Shown one piece after another: positions 59,624-64,000 of a stretch of 64,000 nt of DNA; the first letter of the stretch is position 1; every line of letters begins with the position of its first letter. This DNA comes from an uncultured delta proteobacterium (lineage in GTDB: Bacteria; Myxococcota; Myxococcia; Myxococcales; Myxococcaceae): NCBI GenBank assembly GCA_963713045.1, contig CAVQKE010000003.1:256001-320000 (forward strand). Direction: 5' to 3'. A model generated the notes under the pieces. It did not search any database. It was not told the origin of the DNA and saw only the letters and a list, made by a program, of their open reading frames with translations. Both the position numbers and the translations under genes were made by a program.

Positions 59624-60172
59624 CTACTTCTGCTTCTGGTACGTCCCGATGAGTTCCGCGTTTCCCACGACGTGCCCTTGCATCGCCTTCTCCACGTCTG
59701 CCTTCGATGGGGCTTGGAGGTCGGCAAGTACCGTGTCGAGAGCATACAGCTTAAAGAAATAGCGATGCCGTCCAATTGGTGGGCAGGGTCCACCGTACAC
59801 GGGCTTTTTCCAATCGTTCAGCCCTTCCTTTGTGCCCCGCGGAAGGGACTTCTCTGAGACGCCCTCGCCGAGGGACGTTGTCGAGGACGGTATGTTGTAG
59901 ACGACCCAATGCACCCAGGTCACCCGCGGCGCTTTGGGGTCTGGGGCATCGGGGTCATCGACGATGAGCACCAAGCTTTTGGTGGAAGCCGGGATGCCGC
60001 TCCATGCAAGGGGCGGTGACTTGTCGACTCCCTCGCAGGTGTATTTCGCCGGAATCGCCCCCATTGGGGTGAATGCTGGTGATGAAAGCTGCATTGGAGC
60101 CTCCGAGGCCTTGGCCCACGCGCCCAGACCGAGCATCAGGCCTAGCGTGACCGTGCTTTCAAGCCGTCGCAT
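59624..60172 (-). CDS. YbhB/YbcL (PEBP-like) protein
   Basis: SPPLAW, DDPDAP, WVHW, GPCPPIGRHRY; start uncertain. Confidence 0.9.
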   Translation of the reverse strand: MRRLESTVTLGLMLGLGAWAKASEAPMQLSSPAFTPMGAIPAKYTCEGVDKSPPLAWSGIPASTKSLVLIVDDPDAPDPKAPRVTWVHWVVYNIPSSTTSLGEGVSEKSLPRGTKEGLNDWKKPVYGGPCPPIGRHRYFFKLYALDTVLADLQAPSKADVEKAMQGHVVGNAELIGTYQKQK

Positions 60173-60349
60173 CCAAAAAAGAGTAGGCGTTCGACGCCTG
60201 CAATGCCAGGCAGGTGGCCGCACCGTGGCATGCGGTGCCAATGCGCCCAGCACCGATGGTTCCAGTATTTCCTACAGGTCTGGTTGCCTGGCCGCACCGG
60301 TTCTCGACTTCCTGGCGGTGCCGCTGAGGCTGTTCCGGACCGGAGAGGG

Positions 60350-60829
60350 TCAGCGATTCCCAGCGGCCGTGAGCAACTGTGAAATCTCAGCCGCATGGTC
60401 GGTGTCATGCTCCAGAATCAGTTCGGCGACTCTTCGCAGCGTTGTCTTTCCCCTCCCCGCGAGGTGCCCCGTGCGTTCTAGGGCAACGCTGTCGAGAGTG
60501 CTGAGCGCTTCGATGTTGCGCTGACGGGCAGCCTCAAAGTCGCGGAGTGCCGTGTCGACATCCTGCGTGATGTAGTTGCGCTCAGCGGCTACTGCCGCGC
60601 CATCGAAATCGGGAAGCTTCGGGTCGTCCTCGCGGAGAATTCGCCGAATACGCACAGTGAATGCCTCTTCTTCGACATCGCGGAGGTGGCACGCGTGCTC
60701 AACCAGCGAGAATACTTTCCCGTCGGACGAGGGGCGGAAGCGCTCTCGCCCGACCAACTGGGTCGCCACCGCCCTCATTTGGCGAGGCATCTCTGCCAAA
60801 CGCTCAAGGATTTCCGTCGTCAACGGCAT
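60350..60829 (-). CDS. DinB family protein
   Basis: FSLVEHACHLRDVE...HDTDH. Confidence 0.88.
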   Translation of the reverse strand: MPLTTEILERLAEMPRQMRAVATQLVGRERFRPSSDGKVFSLVEHACHLRDVEEEAFTVRIRRILREDDPKLPDFDGAAVAAERNYITQDVDTALRDFEAARQRNIEALSTLDSVALERTGHLAGRGKTTLRRVAELILEHDTDHAAEISQLLTAAGNR

Positions 60830-60983
60830 AATGCCAACCTCCTGTGCTGGGATGGACGCTCATTTCCTAAGCAGAAACCGCAAACTTTCGCGGCGTTCGC
60901 GGCTCACTCGAAGCGTCCCCAACGACGGGCGTCCTCCCCGCGCTTTCTAGGTCAGCGTGTTAAACCTCGGCCAGGTGGATTGC

Positions 60984-62480
60984 ATGAGCATCCAGCGGCC
61001 TCTGCTTGCTTGCTGCTTCATCGGCTTCGCACTCGGTTGTGGGCCTTCGCAGAGCACGAACGACGCGGGAGATAACAACCCGGGCTCCGACAGCGGGGTC
61101 GACGCTGGCACACCTTCCGACGCTGGCAAGCCCTCCGATGCCGGTATGCCCTCTGACGCCGGCACATCGGACGCAGGCCTCCCCGATGCTGGCACCGACG
61201 CAGGGCACGCAGTCAACGTGTGCGGCGCGGCGTCCGGCAGCCTTGCGTGGAGTGCGTCGATTCCGGCCGCGACGACAACCCTCGTCCCCACGGACATCGT
61301 CGCGGGCCCGACGACCAACGACGTGGTTGTTGGCGACATCCGCAGCGCGTCCACTTTTGAGCAATACCGTTGGGACTCCTCCGGCAATTTGCTTGGCACC
61401 CACCAGGATGCGAAGGGCGCCTACGCGGGGACTATGTTCCCAAGCAACCTGGTCATCGACGGGCAGAATGACCTCTTCTACGGCCTGGTCCTGACTGGCC
61501 TGCCTGAGGCTGCGAACACGGGCGCCTTGCTCACCTTCGAGAGGCTGGCACCGGATGGGACACCCGTCTTCAGCCAGCCAGAGCCCAATGCGCTGCCGAC
61601 GTCGAGTAGCCAACAGTCCGTCGAAGTTTTTCAGGCGGGCCACGACACCGGGGGAAACCTGCACGCAACCCTCAAGATGACGGGCGACACGCCGTACTTT
61701 CAGGCGGCGGTGTATTGCTGGGCGGCCGATGGAACCGACCTAGGCCCCTCCGCCCAGAGCCTGGCCGCCACCCTGTCGGCGTCGGACTTCCTCTGGCCCA
61801 GCCTCGACGCAAACCTTTACCTCGCTCAGTCACTCACCGCGTCCACCAGCGTTGGGTCTTCCCCGTCTTGCCCGGTGACGGTGCCGGCGGGTGGCGCGAC
61901 GGTGCTCGGAAAGTTTGGCGGTGGTGGCTCTTGTAGCTTTTGGACCCCCATAGTCCTGGCGCTACCGACTGCGGCAATCCAGCAGCGCGTCTTCCGGCAA
62001 GGTGCGGACGGTTCACTCTCGTTCGCTGTCGTCTATTCGGGGACCATCGACTTCGGCGGCGGCGCGCTGTCCAGCTCTGGGACCAACTCCCTCGCCCTCG
62101 CGCGATTTGACTCCGGGGGCAACCTCCAGTGGACGAAGAATTTTGGCGGAGCCGGGTCGAGCTTCAAGTTGGGCAGTTTGGACACCAACTCGAACGGCGT
62201 GACCATCCTAACTGCGGGGTACGTCGGTACGGTGAATCTGGGCGGCGGCGTCCTTCCCGCAAACGCTGACACCTTCCTCGCCGTGTTTGAGTCGACGGGT
62301 AGCTTGAAGTGGAGCAGACAGGTCACGGTGGGCTCCTCCGGCCAGCTGCTCGCGGCCGCCGGCCCGTGCGGACTGGTCCTCGCGACCAACAGTCCCAGCG
62401 TGGACTTGGGAAGCGGTCCGCTGTCGACCATCTCACCGCCATCGTCTGCAACCATCGGCGTGGCGGCGCTCGGGCTGTAA
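60984..62480 (+). CDS. lipoprotein with DAG linker and beta-propeller-like body
   Basis: ALGC lipobox, PSDAG repeats, G..DFGGG...G.LQW motifs. Confidence 0.8.
   Translation: MSIQRPLLACCFIGFALGCGPSQSTNDAGDNNPGSDSGVDAGTPSDAGKPSDAGMPSDAGTSDAGLPDAGTDAGHAVNVCGAASGSLAWSASIPAATTTLVPTDIVAGPTTNDVVVGDIRSASTFEQYRWDSSGNLLGTHQDAKGAYAGTMFPSNLVIDGQNDLFYGLVLTGLPEAANTGALLTFERLAPDGTPVFSQPEPNALPTSSSQQSVEVFQAGHDTGGNLHATLKMTGDTPYFQAAVYCWAADGTDLGPSAQSLAATLSASDFLWPSLDANLYLAQSLTASTSVGSSPSCPVTVPAGGATVLGKFGGGGSCSFWTPIVLALPTAAIQQRVFRQGADGSLSFAVVYSGTIDFGGGALSSSGTNSLALARFDSGGNLQWTKNFGGAGSSFKLGSLDTNSNGVTILTAGYVGTVNLGGGVLPANADTFLAVFESTGSLKWSRQVTVGSSGQLLAAAGPCGLVLATNSPSVDLGSGPLSTISPPSSATIGVAALGL
61098..61205 (+). repeat. 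coding tandem repeat (PSDAG-like units, 15-18 bp)
   Basis: DAGTPSDAGKPSDAGMPSDAGTSDAGLPDAGTDAG. Confidence 0.7.
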
Positions 62481-62621
62481 TTTCAAGAGGAATTGGAGGG
62501 CCTCCGCGGGGCGCCTGCTTTCCCGAAGCACAGCACCGAGCGCCGGGGGGCCGACTGGATTAGCGTGGTTTCACCGGGAGCCCTTTGCGCACTGCGGTTG
62601 ACGGCGGTCCGGGAGAAGCAG

Positions 62622-63554
62622 ATGAGCCTCATGTCATCCAGCACGCCCGAGGACCGGAACGAGGCAAGTCCGACCGTTGAGCTTGAACTAGACGGTCGGA
62701 AGCGAGACCTCGGTGACGGAGTCAGCGTCCGCCGAGTGCTCCCGTCCGTTGCTCGACGAACTGTCGGTCCGTTCATCTTCGTCGACCACATCGGACCGCT
62801 TCGCCTGCTGCCAGGACACGGGGTCGACGTCCGGCCTCACCCTCACATCAATCTTGCGACTGTCACCTTTCTCTTCGAAGGCGAGCTCTTGCACCGTGAC
62901 AGTCTCGGTTCGGAGCAGCCAATCCGGCCGGGAGACGTGAATTGGATGACGGCTGGCCGAGGCATCGTCCACTCTGAGCGGACGCCGAGGGCAGTCCGCA
63001 CATCCGGCCCTTCCATTCACGGGATGCAGCTCTGGGTTGCATTGCCACTCGCGGAGGAGGAAACCGCGCCGTCCTTTCAGCATCATCCGTCCACCACAAT
63101 CCCGACGCTCGACCGACCCGGCGCACGCCTTCGCATCATCGCGGGTTCTGCCGATGGGCAGACGTCACCGGTCAGCGTCCTTTCGCCGCTGTTCTACGTG
63201 GAGGCGCAGCTCGACGAATGGGCAGTGCTGCCGTTACCGGATGAGCACCGCGAACGCGCGGTCTACGTCGTGAGCGGCGCCCTTTCCATCGATGGAAAGC
63301 CATACGGCGAGGGCCGCATGCTGGTGTTTCGTGAAGGGACGGCAGCTCGCGTTCAGGCACTTGAGCCCTCGCGGCTCCTCGTTCTCGGCGGAGCGCCGCT
63401 CGACGGCGAGCGCCACATTTGGTGGAACTTTGTCTCCAGCTCGCTCGAGCGTATCGAGCGAGCAAAGGACGACTGGCGAAAGGGTCGTTTCCCGAAGGTC
63501 CCCGGCGACGAGACGGAGTTTACTCCGCTGCCGGACTCCCACGAGACGAGGTGA
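62622..63554 (+). CDS. pirin family protein
   Basis: PHPH, HRDS, MTAGRGIVHSE, QLW, WWNFVSS. Confidence 0.93.
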   Translation: MSLMSSSTPEDRNEASPTVELELDGRKRDLGDGVSVRRVLPSVARRTVGPFIFVDHIGPLRLLPGHGVDVRPHPHINLATVTFLFEGELLHRDSLGSEQPIRPGDVNWMTAGRGIVHSERTPRAVRTSGPSIHGMQLWVALPLAEEETAPSFQHHPSTTIPTLDRPGARLRIIAGSADGQTSPVSVLSPLFYVEAQLDEWAVLPLPDEHRERAVYVVSGALSIDGKPYGEGRMLVFREGTAARVQALEPSRLLVLGGAPLDGERHIWWNFVSSSLERIERAKDDWRKGRFPKVPGDETEFTPLPDSHETR

Positions 63555-63557
63555 GAC

Positions 63558-63953
63558 ATGGCACTCATTGCGGGTACCACCGTTGACAGTGATTCGAAAT
63601 ACGCGCAGACGATTCAAGCCACGGGCCATCAGTTGACCGCAGACGAGCCAATCTCCGCGGGCGGAACCGATACTGGCCCAAGACCCTACGGCCTTTTGCT
63701 TGCGGCGCTCGGGGCCTGCACGTCCATCACGCTCCGGATGTATTCCGAACGGAAGGAATGGCAACTTGGCCACATTCATGTCGGTCTGCGACTGGTGCGG
63801 ACAAGCGACGGCGCCGAGCACATCGAACGTGATGTGAGCTTCAGCGCACCATTGAGCGACGAGCAACGCACTCGTCTTGCTGAAATCGCCGAGAAGACCC
63901 CCGTCACTCGGACCATCAAGGCCGGCGCACCGATTCAGACGCGCCTATTGTGA
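63558..63953 (+). CDS. OsmC family protein
   Basis: ADEP...GP.P..LLLAALGACT...LRMY; second Cys replaced (KTPV). Confidence 0.88.
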   Translation: MALIAGTTVDSDSKYAQTIQATGHQLTADEPISAGGTDTGPRPYGLLLAALGACTSITLRMYSERKEWQLGHIHVGLRLVRTSDGAEHIERDVSFSAPLSDEQRTRLAEIAEKTPVTRTIKAGAPIQTRLL

Positions 63954-64000
63954 CACCCCAAGACGGAGGTCGGGCGGGCCCCCGCCGAGGCTCGACCCCT

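Overview
GC-rich bacterial accessory region, probably Myxococcota (inferred from the FHA-sigma54 activator and the DAG/DGG-linker lipoproteins). I found no rRNA, intact tRNA, CRISPR array or integrase. The main structure is five co-oriented copies of a tRNA T-arm/acceptor 3' fragment (GGGTTCGAATCCCGGCAGGGTCA) at 2394, 3766, 5382, 17225 and 30667. Their non-tRNA flanks are partly conserved and carry 12-bp-period TGGCA doublets. They delimit integrase-free segments; the two smallest (about 1.4 and 1.6 kb) each carry a toxin-antitoxin module, which suggests a tRNA-anchored cassette array. Two near-identical 1450-bp IS4-family elements each sit in the same 11-bp tandem motif. Other content: a duplicated sigma54/XylR-yceI-SDR module with complementary decay, two orphan TGT-terminated putative transposon ends, three TA modules and several pseudogenes. 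Metabolic genes include a sterol-modification-like operon (5-alpha-reductase, SDR, ERG2-like, 3-beta-HSD-like), a Rieske-Grx-FTR-Rieske operon, NapGH-like genes with a non-NapA molybdoenzyme, ppdK, a PGM1-like ATP-grasp ligase and a PLP decarboxylase. All calls come from reading motifs by eye; no database searches were run.
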